In this document: one piece after another, positions 43,379 through 52,126 of the stretch
Position numbering within the stretch: position 1 is the first letter of the stretch
Layout: each line of letters opens with the position of its first letter
DNA from: a virus
Lineage: Duplodnaviria; Caudoviricetes
IMG/VR virus record: IMGVR_UViG_3300037565_000164
Span: 1 to 58,941 of that record
Reading direction: 5' to 3' (one strand)
Length of the DNA stretch: 58,941 bases
Made by a program: the position numbers and the translations under genes
The notes under the pieces: model-generated
What the model saw: the letters and a program-made list of their open reading frames with translations, nothing else
Told to the model about the DNA's origin: nothing
Databases searched by the model: none

Positions 43379-43723
43379 TCAGTCCTCCTGCAGGCGGTGA
43401 CTGGCGCGGGCCAGCAGCCCCAGCGCCGTGAAATTGTCCGGCGCTGCATTGCGGAAGCCATGGCCCAGCCTGCCGTCGTCATGTTCGACCGCGAAAGTCA
43501 CCACCAGCGCGGTAACCTTGGTTTCGCCTGTGTCGATCTCGCGCAGCAGGTTCACCAGCGCGTCGCGCGGGCTCCATTGCGCGGCTGACTGGTCGCGCTT
43601 GGCGCGGGCTTCGCCGATCGTGGTGGGTGCATCGGCAAAGGAGGCCGGTGACGCAATTGTCCGCGAGTCGATTGCGACATCTTCGGCTGGTTCCTCGTTG
43701 TCGGGATCGGTCCAGTGCGTCAC
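43379..43723 (-). CDS. Hypothetical protein
   Basis: GTG start coupled to the upstream stop; WSPRDALVNLLREIDTGE. Confidence 0.65.
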   Translation of the reverse strand: MTHWTDPDNEEPAEDVAIDSRTIASPASFADAPTTIGEARAKRDQSAAQWSPRDALVNLLREIDTGETKVTALVVTFAVEHDDGRLGHGFRNAAPDNFTALGLLARASHRLQED

Positions 43724-43896
43724 AGCCAGCCCCCCATTTCCAGCAGTGCCAGCGTCATGCGGGTCGTGAACTGGGGCAGGCCGATAAAGAGCAGCCAGAG
43801 CGCAAACCAGGACAGCGCGGCGAGGCCGGTGATAACGACGCCACGCGGCGGCCGGGGCAGCTTGCAGGTCGGGTGTGCGAGGGGCCAATTAGGCAT
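43720..43896 (-). CDS. Small membrane protein
   Basis: GGAGG RBS; one TM segment. Confidence 0.5.
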   Translation of the reverse strand: MPNWPLAHPTCKLPRPPRGVVITGLAALSWFALWLLFIGLPQFTTRMTLALLEMGGWL

Positions 43897-44020
43897 TGTG
43901 GCCTCCCCCCATCGCAATGAGCATGCGTTCCATGATGTCCGGTAGCCAGACAAAGCACAGCCACATTGCCAGTCCGACCGCGACGCAGATGAGGACGAAT
44001 TCTGCCCAGCGCCACGCCAT
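43889..44020 (-). CDS. Small membrane protein (43 aa)
   Basis: MAWRWAEFVLICVAVGLAMWLCFVWL; coupled overlaps. Confidence 0.45.
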   Translation of the reverse strand: MAWRWAEFVLICVAVGLAMWLCFVWLPDIMERMLIAMGGGHNA

Positions 44021-44511
44021 CAATGCTTCTCCGCCGGTTCAACGGGCTGTGGCACAGCGATTTTGTAGAAGTGTCCGTCGGCGGTCCGCCACTGGATCGC
44101 GGCGCCGTCGTCGACGATACAGCCATTCTGGAGCGCCACGCCGTCAAGATCCGGGTGTTTCCGAAGTGGCTCCACCATTTCTGCGCCATTGGTGCAGTAG
44201 ATGACGATCGTGTCGTCAGCAGTTTGCGCCCACCGCTTTACCTTGTTGAATACCTGCTGCTCCTCGGCGAACCCAAACGCGTGGAGCTTTCCGGCAGTTG
44301 CCTCTATGGCTTGCGATATCTGGGTGTGCGCAAGTACGTGAAGCTCCGGGGTAAGAGGTATGTCCAGCGCGTGTTCCGGGGAGGAGAAATGCGCGGTGAT
44401 GCGTATGCTGGCCTGACCCCTCTCGTGCGCACGTCTGAGAGCTTTCAGCGCCCGCAGACGTTGGAAGAGGCTCTGGATCGTCTCGATGTCCCGTTCCGTC
44501 GGCATCGTCAC
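44020..44511 (-). CDS. Hypothetical protein
   Basis: GGGAGG RBS; GTGA overlap. Confidence 0.6.
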   Translation of the reverse strand: MTMPTERDIETIQSLFQRLRALKALRRAHERGQASIRITAHFSSPEHALDIPLTPELHVLAHTQISQAIEATAGKLHAFGFAEEQQVFNKVKRWAQTADDTIVIYCTNGAEMVEPLRKHPDLDGVALQNGCIVDDGAAIQWRTADGHFYKIAVPQPVEPAEKH

Positions 44512-44819
44512 GCCCTCCCCGCCGAGCGCCGCTTGCGCCAGCGACGATGGGCGCGCTCGCCCGGCCCACGGTTCTTGAGCGCAGAGAGTGCGCGGTTGCG
44601 CTTGATGTGTAAGGCGGCCTGCCGCGCCGCGAGTGTTGTCGATTTGGGCACGGCGCTTTGCGTTTTAACTGTCGCTTTGGCGGGTGTCGGCGGGGCCGGG
44701 TAGAGTGTGCGTGCCTCTGACTGTGAGACGGATTTTGTTGTGGCCACAAAACCCAACCCGCCACCAAGCAGGGCGACCATTGCAGTTGCAGCAGCGCCCA
44801 ATCCAAATCTACTTCGCAT
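44508..44819 (-). CDS. Hypothetical basic protein with a hydrophobic N-terminus
   Basis: GGAG RBS; directly follows terS. Confidence 0.55.
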   Translation of the reverse strand: MRSRFGLGAAATAMVALLGGGLGFVATTKSVSQSEARTLYPAPPTPAKATVKTQSAVPKSTTLAARQAALHIKRNRALSALKNRGPGERAHRRWRKRRSAGRA

Positions 44820-44821
44820 GG

Positions 44822-45592
44822 TTACGTCTCCTGTTGGTCCGGCTCCTGCGGCCGGATGGCATTTGCGGGTTTTGTGGGTGGCAGGCCGAGGCCGGGCGCC
44901 TGGTCGGGCGTCATGGGGCGAATGCCGGTACCGGCGAGCTGTTCGTAGAGGCGTTGCAGCGGCGGGGTGACGTCGTGCTCGACCTTGTCCTTGAAGGCCT
45001 GGACGTCGACATGCTTGCCGATCATCTCTTTGAGCTTGGACCGGCTGGCGGTCTTGTATTCGACGATGCGGGCAACGATGAGCTCGCCGTCTGGCGTGAG
45101 CTCTTCGCGGATCTTGAGCCCTTCGACGAGACCCTGTCGGAACACGAGAGGCCAGTCAGCGACGGGCTTCAAGCTGCCATCGGGATTGTGGATGTCGTTC
45201 AGATCGGCCTCGAGCTCGTCGCCCAACCGCTGCAGCAGCTTTTCGGCCGTCCATTTGGTGGCGCGGCTGCGTTCCTTCATCAACTCGGTGATGCATCGCG
45301 CAATGTGAGGTTTTCTCAGGTTCTCATAAGCGATGACGGCGGCGGTCTTTTTGCTGTAGCCGGCGCGGATCGCCGCTTGCGTGCCGTTGAAGTCGATGAT
45401 GTATTCCTGGCAGAACTGGAATTCCTTCGGCGTCAGGCGCTTCGCCTCGGGCGCCGTGCCGGGAGTGGCCTGCTCGGCCTGCGCTGCCGAAACCGGCTCG
45501 CCCTCAATGTCGAAATACTTGTCCGCGATCGCGCGAGCGCGCTCACGCTCGCGGTCCTCTTTCGTCGATCGGGGCGAGGTCGGCTTCGGCAT
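44822..45592 (-). CDS. terS: Terminase small subunit
   Basis: LTPKEFQFCQEYIIDFNGTQAAIRAGYSKKTA...NLRKP. Confidence 0.92.
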   Translation of the reverse strand: MPKPTSPRSTKEDRERERARAIADKYFDIEGEPVSAAQAEQATPGTAPEAKRLTPKEFQFCQEYIIDFNGTQAAIRAGYSKKTAAVIAYENLRKPHIARCITELMKERSRATKWTAEKLLQRLGDELEADLNDIHNPDGSLKPVADWPLVFRQGLVEGLKIREELTPDGELIVARIVEYKTASRSKLKEMIGKHVDVQAFKDKVEHDVTPPLQRLYEQLAGTGIRPMTPDQAPGLGLPPTKPANAIRPQEPDQQET

Positions 45593-45597
45593 ATCAG

Positions 45598-45888
45598 TCA
45601 GTCGATCTGCCGTTCAATGCGCTCAAGGCTGTGTTCGAGCCTGCTGGCCAACTCATCGAGCTCGTAGCCGAATCCCCGCGTTTCACCGAGTAGGCCATCG
45701 CCTGCCGACGGGACTTCCCGTGGCCCGGAAACGGTGTCGGAAGGAGGCTCACTGCCAACCAGGCGATCGGCAAGCATGCCGGCGCGGCCCACCACCCTGC
45801 GCAGCCTGTCGGTAGCGGATGATAAGGGCGCGTTGAAATCCTGCCGCTTGACGGCGACGGGGTCAGACATAGGCATTGTATTCTCCAT
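45598..45888 (-). CDS. Hypothetical protein
   Basis: Helical ORF within the operon. Confidence 0.55.
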   Translation of the reverse strand: MENTMPMSDPVAVKRQDFNAPLSSATDRLRRVVGRAGMLADRLVGSEPPSDTVSGPREVPSAGDGLLGETRGFGYELDELASRLEHSLERIERQID

Positions 45889-46228
45889 GATTGGCGCTGC
45901 CCGCGTTTGCGGGTTCGAGCGGGGACGGTTCTGGAATCGGGGGGTGTGCGACGTCGAGCAGCGGCCTGAACAACGCCAGATCCGCCTCGATCTTGGGGTC
46001 AGTCACGGGCCGGAACAGCAGCGCGCAAAACCAGACGGTGCTGAACCCCTTCAAGCGGATGTAGGGAAGGCCGCGATGGGTCCCGACTGCGGCAACAACG
46101 TATGTCCCGCCCCTGATCGGCAGGCCGAGGGAGCGCAGCCAAAGCCACTTCAAGATGGGGACGTCGCCGCGATCCCACTCGGATGTTAGCGACACGCATT
46201 TGACGCCAGGCGCTGCCCAGTGGCTCAT
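45863..46228 (-). CDS. Hypothetical protein
   Basis: PGVKCV...FRPV pattern; ATGA overlap. Confidence 0.6.
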   Translation of the reverse strand: MSHWAAPGVKCVSLTSEWDRGDVPILKWLWLRSLGLPIRGGTYVVAAVGTHRGLPYIRLKGFSTVWFCALLFRPVTDPKIEADLALFRPLLDVAHPPIPEPSPLEPANAGSANHGEYNAYV

Positions 46229-46596
46229 GACACCACCATCCAGTCGCGGGCGAACACTTCGGTCTGGTCAGCGCGCCACCGCTTTGCCTCGTTGCCCGGC
46301 ACTTCCAGCCACAAGGCGTCGTCATGCGCGACAATGCGTTCGCTGTTGCGCCAGACCTTCCGCGCCACGGCATTGCCGTTCAGCAGCGCGAATATGGCCC
46401 GCGCGAAGTCCATGGCGCCGACGGCCTGGTAGTACTGCTCGAACCGTTCCGCCGGCACCCAGCTTTCGCGGCCGTCCAGCGTCACCAAATAGCCCGGGCG
46501 GCTTGGCTCGGTACCGGGCGCGTTAATGGGGCCAAGGGCGGGATAGGCGTGGGCGAGCCGGATGCCGATGTGATCGGGCGGGAGCGTGCCGTTCAT
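46225..46596 (-). CDS. DUF2829/Tad2-like protein
   Basis: GYLV...SWVP..FE..Y, MDFARAIFALLNGNAVARKVW, WRADQTEVFARDW. Confidence 0.7.
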   Translation of the reverse strand: MNGTLPPDHIGIRLAHAYPALGPINAPGTEPSRPGYLVTLDGRESWVPAERFEQYYQAVGAMDFARAIFALLNGNAVARKVWRNSERIVAHDDALWLEVPGNEAKRWRADQTEVFARDWMVVS

Positions 46597-46844
46597 AGAC
46601 CCATGCTCCTTTCTTGCGCCTGACGCTTGATGCGGTTCCACAGCCAGTCGTCGACGCGGCCCATGCGAGGTGTCCATCCATGGCGGTTGGCGCGGCGCTT
46701 GAGCGTGGTGCGCATCTGCCGATAGGCCTTATCGGCAAGCCGGTAGTGATTGCCGCACATGTACTCGATCGTGGCAGGGTCACCGGGTAGCCGCTTGAAG
46801 GTGCGGCGGCAGCCAAGGATGACGCAGGGGCATCGTTCGCTCAT
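46593..46844 (-). CDS. Small basic Zn-finger-like protein
   Basis: CVILGC...MCGNHY. Confidence 0.65.
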   Translation of the reverse strand: MSERCPCVILGCRRTFKRLPGDPATIEYMCGNHYRLADKAYRQMRTTLKRRANRHGWTPRMGRVDDWLWNRIKRQAQERSMGL

Positions 46845-47464
46845 GACTTGGACGCCTTTGCCAGATTGGCGCGCGCTGTCTCGATGATGAGCGCCGGAAA
46901 CATCCAACCGCCCCGGCCATCGGTAAGCGAAGGGTTACGGTTGTGCTTGAGGCGACAGCATTCGCGGTAGAGCTCTTCGTCCAACACCGCGTGCACATGC
47001 TGCATGGGTGCCACTACATCTGGTGCTCCATCATCCCTGCCCCCCTCTGGGGGTAAGGGGGTAAAAGGATCTGGACTGGTAGTAGGAACCTGGTTCCGCA
47101 CCTTCCGGAACGAGGTTCCGGAGCTTTCCTCAACACGTGCGGAACGTGGTTCCGCACCTTCGTCAACATCTAGTGGGTCGGGCCAAAGCGCCCAATATTC
47201 GGTATTGCGCCAGCGCTGACCCCGAAACCCGTGCTCGGTGCGCTTGAGCCAGCCCGCGCTTTCGGCCAGCTCGAGATGTTTTCGGACAGCACGATCGGAC
47301 AGCCCCGTGGCCTCGGCCAATTGCTCCTGGGTGGGATAGCAGCCGCCACCAACATCGTTCATGAAACAGCTGAGCGTCAGCAGCACATGCCGCGTCGTGG
47401 CGGACAGGTCCGATTTGAGGATCAGATGGCGCCATGTCCAGGCGCGCCCGCTGGAACCACTCAT
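46841..47464 (-). CDS. Replication initiator (N-terminal wHTH, HTH_36-like)
   Basis: VLLTL..FMN..GCYPTQEQLAEATGLSDRAVRKHL..AE..GWL; internal iterons. Confidence 0.8.
   Translation of the reverse strand: MSGSSGRAWTWRHLILKSDLSATTRHVLLTLSCFMNDVGGGCYPTQEQLAEATGLSDRAVRKHLELAESAGWLKRTEHGFRGQRWRNTEYWALWPDPLDVDEGAEPRSARVEESSGTSFRKVRNQVPTTSPDPFTPLPPEGGRDDGAPDVVAPMQHVHAVLDEELYRECCRLKHNRNPSLTDGRGGWMFPALIIETARANLAKASKS
47085..47160. repeat. Three iteron-like repeats GGAAC-NNG-GTTCCG (probable origin)
   Basis: 47085-47104, 47107-47120 and 47141-47160; the first and third share a GCACCTT extension. Confidence 0.75.
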
Positions 47465-47736
47465 TGGACCGCCTCTTGCGGCTGGTCCGATTCGGCGGGC
47501 GGCGGCGGGTCAATCATGCCCCATAGCGAGGGCGGCGCCGAATAGCCGCGCTCTTCCAGTGCCTTGGTGAGCACCACGTAAGTGTCGGACGCCAGACGCC
47601 CGCGCAGCCTGTAGTTATCGACGCGCTGCCATGCGCGCTTGCCGGTGGCGCCAATGATGTCGCAGACCGCAGGGATGCCCCCCAGGGCCTCGAACACCTC
47701 CGGTATCGTCTCAAGCGATGTAAGCTGGTCTGTCAT
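47461..47736 (-). CDS. Cro-like regulator
   Basis: FEALGGIPAVCDIIG..RVDNYR; divergent from the repressor. Confidence 0.7.
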   Translation of the reverse strand: MTDQLTSLETIPEVFEALGGIPAVCDIIGATGKRAWQRVDNYRLRGRLASDTYVVLTKALEERGYSAPPSLWGMIDPPPPAESDQPQEAVQ

Positions 47737-47769
47737 TGATGGCCGCCACGCAGTTGCGGCGGACCATAA

Positions 47770-47843
47770 ACAACAATTCGTTGTATCGCAATTGACAACG
47801 GATCAAAGCTAGCGTTTCTTGGCGAGATACAACAAAATGTTGG
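47770..47843. promoter_or_regulatory. cI/cro operator region, ACAAC-N5-GTTG operators
   Basis: ACAACAATTCGTTGT (47770-47784), ACAACAAAATGTTGG (47829-47843); TTGACA at 47792. Confidence 0.75.
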
Positions 47844-47844
47844 A

Positions 47845-48162
47845 ATGAGCTTTCACATGCCCGACACTTCCGGTGAAGCAATCGGCAAGCGCCTGGTCGC
47901 CGTCCGGGAGGCGCGCGGCTACCTGCAAGGCTTCCTCGTCCAGCTTCTCGACACCAGCCAGCAACGCTGGAGCAATTACGAGAAGGGCAACCGCGTGCTG
48001 CCCAACGACCTGCTCTACAAGTTCTGCAAGGTCACCGGGGCGACGACGGATTTTGTGCTGTTCGGAGAAATGTCCGGAATGCCGATGGATCTGGTGCAGA
48101 TCCTGCGCGAGCGCGGTTACGACTTCAACGGAGGAGCCGGCCCGGGGGCGCGGGCCGGCTAA
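47845..48162 (+). CDS. XRE-family repressor (CI-like, no peptidase domain)
   Basis: IGKRL..VREARG..Q..L..SQQRWSNYEKG.R...TDFVLFG. Confidence 0.85.
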   Translation: MSFHMPDTSGEAIGKRLVAVREARGYLQGFLVQLLDTSQQRWSNYEKGNRVLPNDLLYKFCKVTGATTDFVLFGEMSGMPMDLVQILRERGYDFNGGAGPGARAG

Positions 48163-48180
48163 GTTTGTGATCGACGACGC

Positions 48181-48393
48181 CTAGTTGGCGCTCTTGTCCG
48201 GTCGATTGTTGATCGAATGCAGGCGCAATGGCTGCCTGTCTTCCGACGGTTGAACGAAATCCACCAAATCGCCGGCGTACCTTAGTGCAGCGCGCATATC
48301 GTCTGCGCTCTCGTTCTGCATCTGGGCAACCAGCTGCAACGCAATCTTGCGCAGCCGCTGCTCCCTCTGCCCTTTTTCTTCCTGCACGCTCAT
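48181..48393 (-). CDS. Small hypothetical protein convergent with the repressor
   Basis: Helical 70-aa ORF with a G-rich RBS. Confidence 0.55.
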   Translation of the reverse strand: MSVQEEKGQREQRLRKIALQLVAQMQNESADDMRAALRYAGDLVDFVQPSEDRQPLRLHSINNRPDKSAN

Positions 48394-48459
48394 CACCAAA
48401 AAATCCCCCAGTTCGTTGTGCCAATGGGCGGTCGAGCCCATACCGTCCATGGCACGATA

Positions 48460-48510
48460 ACAACGGTTTGTTGAAATAGCAATTGACGACACAACAATTT
48501 GTTGTATAGC
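48460..48510 (+). promoter_or_regulatory. Early promoter with two operators
   Basis: TTGACG(48483)-16-TATAGC(48505); ACAACGGTTTGTTGA (48460-48474) and ACAACAATTTGTTGT (48491-48505). Confidence 0.8.
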
Positions 48511-48617
48511 CTGTCTTGCAATGGGCCGCAGAGTGGGCCCAGAGCACGGGGGTCAGATCAATGGCTATTTGGACACATGGTAAGCGCGGCGCCGATTGGG
48601 GGCGCCACAGCCCGGCA

Positions 48618-48800
48618 ATGGAGCGCGTCACTTACGTTCGCACCACCCGCGAAGTGCGGGTCCTGCTGCGCGCCGCGGCGCTGCTTTGGCTGATCGTCGT
48701 CACGGCTTTCTGTGCCGAGCTGATCGCGCAGCCCAGCGCACAGGCCGCCTGCCAGCGCGTCGGGCACAGCGCCGACGCCTGCCACTACACGCTGCGGTGA
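48618..48800 (+). CDS. Small membrane protein (start uncertain)
   Basis: One TM segment followed by a Cys pair. Confidence 0.45.
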   Translation: MERVTYVRTTREVRVLLRAAALLWLIVVTAFCAELIAQPSAQAACQRVGHSADACHYTLR

Positions 48801-48805
48801 GCGCC

Positions 48806-49054
48806 ATGGGCCAGGTCATACCCATGCGCGTCGCCCGCACAGGCGTCCCCCTTCCCGTCAAGCCGGTGCTGCCGGTTGTTGCCCAGACCATCGCGGGCGA
48901 GGCCACCAATCCCATTGCCCGCGAAATGGTGCGGGCCGCCATGCAGTCCTGGATGGACGGCGACCCGCTCACCCAGCGCGAACAGCGCATCGTCGAGACG
49001 GTGGTGGACACCAATTACTTCGGGCAGCTCGGCCGCCTGGCCTTTGGAGGCTGA
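48806..49054 (+). CDS. Hypothetical protein
   Basis: MGQVIPMR start; position in the early operon. Confidence 0.6.
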   Translation: MGQVIPMRVARTGVPLPVKPVLPVVAQTIAGEATNPIAREMVRAAMQSWMDGDPLTQREQRIVETVVDTNYFGQLGRLAFGG

Positions 49055-49055
49055 C

Positions 49056-49301
49056 ATGCGAACCTATCAGTGCCGCGACTGCGGCTGCACCGAACACCTC
49101 GCAACCATGATCCCGGATTGCTGCTCGCTGTGCGGCAGCTCTCTTGAACATGTGGCAGGGCCACCAGAGCCCGATGATGAGTTGCCTTGTCCCGAAGATT
49201 ACTACGCCGGCGCCTATGCGTTTGAGCTCGAGTTCTTTGTCGCAGCCAGCGACGACACTCTCGACACCGAACAGACTGAGCCTGCCCCCCGCTCGGTCTA
49301 G
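49056..49301 (+). CDS. Small Zn-ribbon protein
   Basis: GGAGG RBS; CRDC...CSLC. Confidence 0.6.
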   Translation: MRTYQCRDCGCTEHLATMIPDCCSLCGSSLEHVAGPPEPDDELPCPEDYYAGAYAFELEFFVAASDDTLDTEQTEPAPRSV

Positions 49302-49377
49302 GCCGGGGCCCAGCGCAACAGCCCCCCCCGCGCTGGGCCCTACCCCTTTCACTACCATCCACTAATCGAGGTTTCTC

Positions 49378-49641
49378 ATGGCAGTCGAAGACAGCGTCGC
49401 CCAGGACCAGCTCCGCGCCTTCATCGAGCGCATCGAGCGCATGGAGGAAGAGAAAGCGGCGATCGCGGCCGACATCAAGGAAATCTACGCCGAGGCCAAG
49501 GGCAACGGCTTCGACACCAAGATCCTGCGCAAGATCGTCGTCATCCGCAAACAGGATGCCAATGAGCGCATGGAGCAGGAAGCCCTGCTCGAACTTTACC
49601 TGTCCGCTTTGGGCATGGTCGAAGCACCCCAGGAGCGCTGA
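49378..49641 (+). CDS. gapR: GapR/DUF2312 nucleoid-associated protein
   Basis: [44 protein letters not shown]. Confidence 0.93.
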   Translation: MAVEDSVAQDQLRAFIERIERMEEEKAAIAADIKEIYAEAKGNGFDTKILRKIVVIRKQDANERMEQEALLELYLSALGMVEAPQER

Positions 49642-49644
49642 GCC

Positions 49645-49875
49645 ATGGACGTCCCCAACCATGCCGAACTGGTCCAGCGCGTCACGCGCGTTCAGGAGCT
49701 TTGCGAAACCCTGGCGCGGCCGACCACGGCAAAGGGCGATCGCTACATGGTCACCTTCGACGATGGCTCAGCCGTCGAGATGAAGGATGTCATCAGCCAG
49801 GGGCGCGAGGCGCTGGCCGAAGTCGCAGCGCTGTTCGGTGACACCACCAGCGCGGGAGCGACCCATGCCGGGTGA
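49645..49875 (+). CDS. Hypothetical protein
   Basis: GGAG RBS; position in the operon. Confidence 0.6.
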   Translation: MDVPNHAELVQRVTRVQELCETLARPTTAKGDRYMVTFDDGSAVEMKDVISQGREALAEVAALFGDTTSAGATHAG

Positions 49876-50260
49876 TGGCGTTTTCATGTGGTACTGGGGC
49901 GCGGGCGAAGCACCGGAAAAGTGGAGCCGTGGGTTTGCGTCGGTCAAGGATGCGGCCAAGCACGCCCATGGCCACCAGCCAAATGGCGACTACACGCTCA
50001 TGGAAGCCGACCGGCTGGCTATCAACCCCGCCGTGTTCGCTGGCTCGGAGGTGCTGTGCCTGGTGCAAATGGCCAATCCGTCGTGCTGGCCCCAAGGCAT
50101 TCCCGTGGCCAACGCCCGCGAGCTGATCGACCTTGAAGCCAAGCTCGCCGATTGCCTCGATCGCTGGCTGCGTAAGCACAATTACGACAGCACCACTGCC
50201 ATTCACGCGATCCGAAACCGGGAATACCACCCAGACCGTCGGGGGGCCGCCCATGGCTGA
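49865..50260 (+). CDS. Hypothetical protein
   Basis: GGGAG RBS; overlaps its neighbours. Confidence 0.6.
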   Translation: MPGDGVFMWYWGAGEAPEKWSRGFASVKDAAKHAHGHQPNGDYTLMEADRLAINPAVFAGSEVLCLVQMANPSCWPQGIPVANARELIDLEAKLADCLDRWLRKHNYDSTTAIHAIRNREYHPDRRGAAHG

Positions 50261-50480
50261 TATCAACACAGTTGCGGGCCACATGGCCAAGCTGCAGGGC
50301 GCCATCACCCGCCACGACCTGACCCCGGCGCAGATGCGCTGGCACTACATCCAGATGGTCTTTCTCAATCAGGGCCGCCGCGTCGCTCCGACGGCGCGCC
50401 TGCTCGGTATGCACCGCCGGACGCTCCAGCGGATGCTGCTCAAGGGTTGCCCGTCCCGTGCAGGAGGCGACCGTGGCTGA
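50253..50480 (+). CDS. Stand-alone RegA/PrrA/ActR-type Fis-HTH DNA-binding domain
   Basis: RWHYIQ...TARLLGMHRRTLQRMLLK compared with RegA RWEHIQ...TARRLNMHRRTLQRILAK. Confidence 0.8.
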   Translation: MADINTVAGHMAKLQGAITRHDLTPAQMRWHYIQMVFLNQGRRVAPTARLLGMHRRTLQRMLLKGCPSRAGGDRG

Positions 50481-51447
50481 AACCAGCGCCATCGAATGGT
50501 GCGACAGCACCTTTAATCCATGGATTGGCTGCACCAGGATCAGCCCGGCATGCGACCATTGCTATGCCGCTGCCGAATGGGATGATCGGCGCCACCGCGT
50601 CACCTGGGGCGGCGAACGCTCAAGCACCAGCGCCAGCAATTGGCAGCAGCCGCGCCGCTGGCAGAAACAGGCTGCAGCGTTCTTTGCCGAGCACGGGCGG
50701 CGCCGCAGGGTGTTCTGCTCATCGCTCGCCGACGTGTTCGACAACCAGGTGCCGACCGAATGGCGCGATGATCTTTGGGCGCTCATTTACGACTGTCCGG
50801 ACCTCGACTGGCTGCTGCTGACCAAGCGCCCACAGAACATCGCCAAGATGCTGCCGGCATTCTGGGAGCATGTGCGCGGCCATATCTGGCTGGGCACCAC
50901 GGTCGAGGATCAAAAGCGGGCGGATATCAATATTCCGCACCTTCTGCAGCACGATGCGGCCGTGCGGTTCGTTTCATGTGAGCCGCTGTTGGGACCGATT
51001 GACCTCACGGCGATCGATATCGATGGCGAGAGCCAGATCAACGCGATCGGCGGCGACACTTGGGAAGAGCTCAAGGAAATCTGGCGGGATAGCTCGCCCG
51101 ATTGGCAGGGTGAGTTTGCGGACTGGTACGACGTGGATTTCGAAGCTGCGGTTGGACCGTCTCACCGCACCATAGACTGGGTCATCGCCGGCGGCGAGAG
51201 CGGCCCCCAGGCCCGGCCATCACATCCCGACTGGTTCCGCAGCCTGCGCGACCAATGTGCAGCCGCTGACGTACCCTTCCTGTTCAAGCAATGGGGCGAG
51301 TGGGTTTCAGTCAGCGAAGTCGAGGGACCAGGACGCCACCACCACTTCGATAACGGTGCCACGGTGCGCAGGACCGGGAAACTTCGCTCCGGCCGTCGCC
51401 TCGATGGCGTCGAGTACAACGGATTTCCCGAGGTGCACCATGGCTGA
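50473..51447 (+). CDS. Phage Gp37/Gp68 (DUF5131) radical-SAM-like protein
   Basis: IEWCDSTFNPWIGCTRISPACDHCYA, LLTKRP, SCEPLLG, DWVIAGGESG, FKQWG. Confidence 0.92.
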   Translation: MAETSAIEWCDSTFNPWIGCTRISPACDHCYAAAEWDDRRHRVTWGGERSSTSASNWQQPRRWQKQAAAFFAEHGRRRRVFCSSLADVFDNQVPTEWRDDLWALIYDCPDLDWLLLTKRPQNIAKMLPAFWEHVRGHIWLGTTVEDQKRADINIPHLLQHDAAVRFVSCEPLLGPIDLTAIDIDGESQINAIGGDTWEELKEIWRDSSPDWQGEFADWYDVDFEAAVGPSHRTIDWVIAGGESGPQARPSHPDWFRSLRDQCAAADVPFLFKQWGEWVSVSEVEGPGRHHHFDNGATVRRTGKLRSGRRLDGVEYNGFPEVHHG

Positions 51448-52126
51448 CCGTCCCGTGCTCTTTTCCGGCCCAATGGTCCGTGCCCTGCTCAATGGCAGCA
51501 AGACCCAGACGCGGCGGGCGAACCACCTTGAGCGGCTGCGTCGCTTCGGCCCCATTACTGAATTCGGGCGCAGCGACACCAAGGGCTATGACTGGCACTT
51601 CCGCGACAAGGAAAAACGCTGGCACGATCTGCGCCATGGCGACCTGCTGAAATACCTGCCGTGGCAGGTCGGTAACCGTCTCTATGTCCGCGAGACATGG
51701 GCGCCGCTTGTCCGACTGACCCACAATGACCCCGGCACCCAAGCGCTGTCGGATCGCGGCTTCTACCAGGCTGATGGCGGAACGGTCGCAGGCGAGATCA
51801 CCCGCTGGACACCCGCCATTCATCAGCCCCGATGGGCCTCCCGCCTGACGCTCACCGTCACCACCGTTCGGGTTCAGCGGCTGCAGGATATCAGCGAGGC
51901 GGACGCCAAGGCCGAAGGCGCGAAGTTCTTCGTGCCAGCGAACCATCTATCTCACGGCGGTTGGTCGCACAATGAATGGCACCTCCATGAGACGGCAAAA
52001 CAATCATTCGCCGGCCTCTGGGGCGATATCAACGGCGACGGCTCGTGGAATGCCAACCCCTGGGTTGCTGCCTACACCTTCTCCGTCCAGCGCGGGAACA
52101 TCGATCAGATTGAGGTGGCGGCATGA
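51440..52126 (+). CDS. Conserved phage protein (ASCH-like)
   Basis: RPVLFSGPMVRALL.G.KTQTRR, LYVRETW, PRWASRLTL, RLQDISE.DA.AEG, ANPWV. Confidence 0.85.
   Translation: MADRPVLFSGPMVRALLNGSKTQTRRANHLERLRRFGPITEFGRSDTKGYDWHFRDKEKRWHDLRHGDLLKYLPWQVGNRLYVRETWAPLVRLTHNDPGTQALSDRGFYQADGGTVAGEITRWTPAIHQPRWASRLTLTVTTVRVQRLQDISEADAKAEGAKFFVPANHLSHGGWSHNEWHLHETAKQSFAGLWGDINGDGSWNANPWVAAYTFSVQRGNIDQIEVAA

Noticed and set aside
19991-43588. Further long antisense ORFs (for example 21672-23837, 25176-26501, 38132-39784, 41867-43588)
   Set aside because: Each mirrors a well-supported - strand phage gene.
43753-46330. Partial motif matches (CGTCATGCG near 43753 and CGTCATGCGC near 46320)
   Set aside because: They lie inside coding sequence, lack the GTGC half and are not in leaders.
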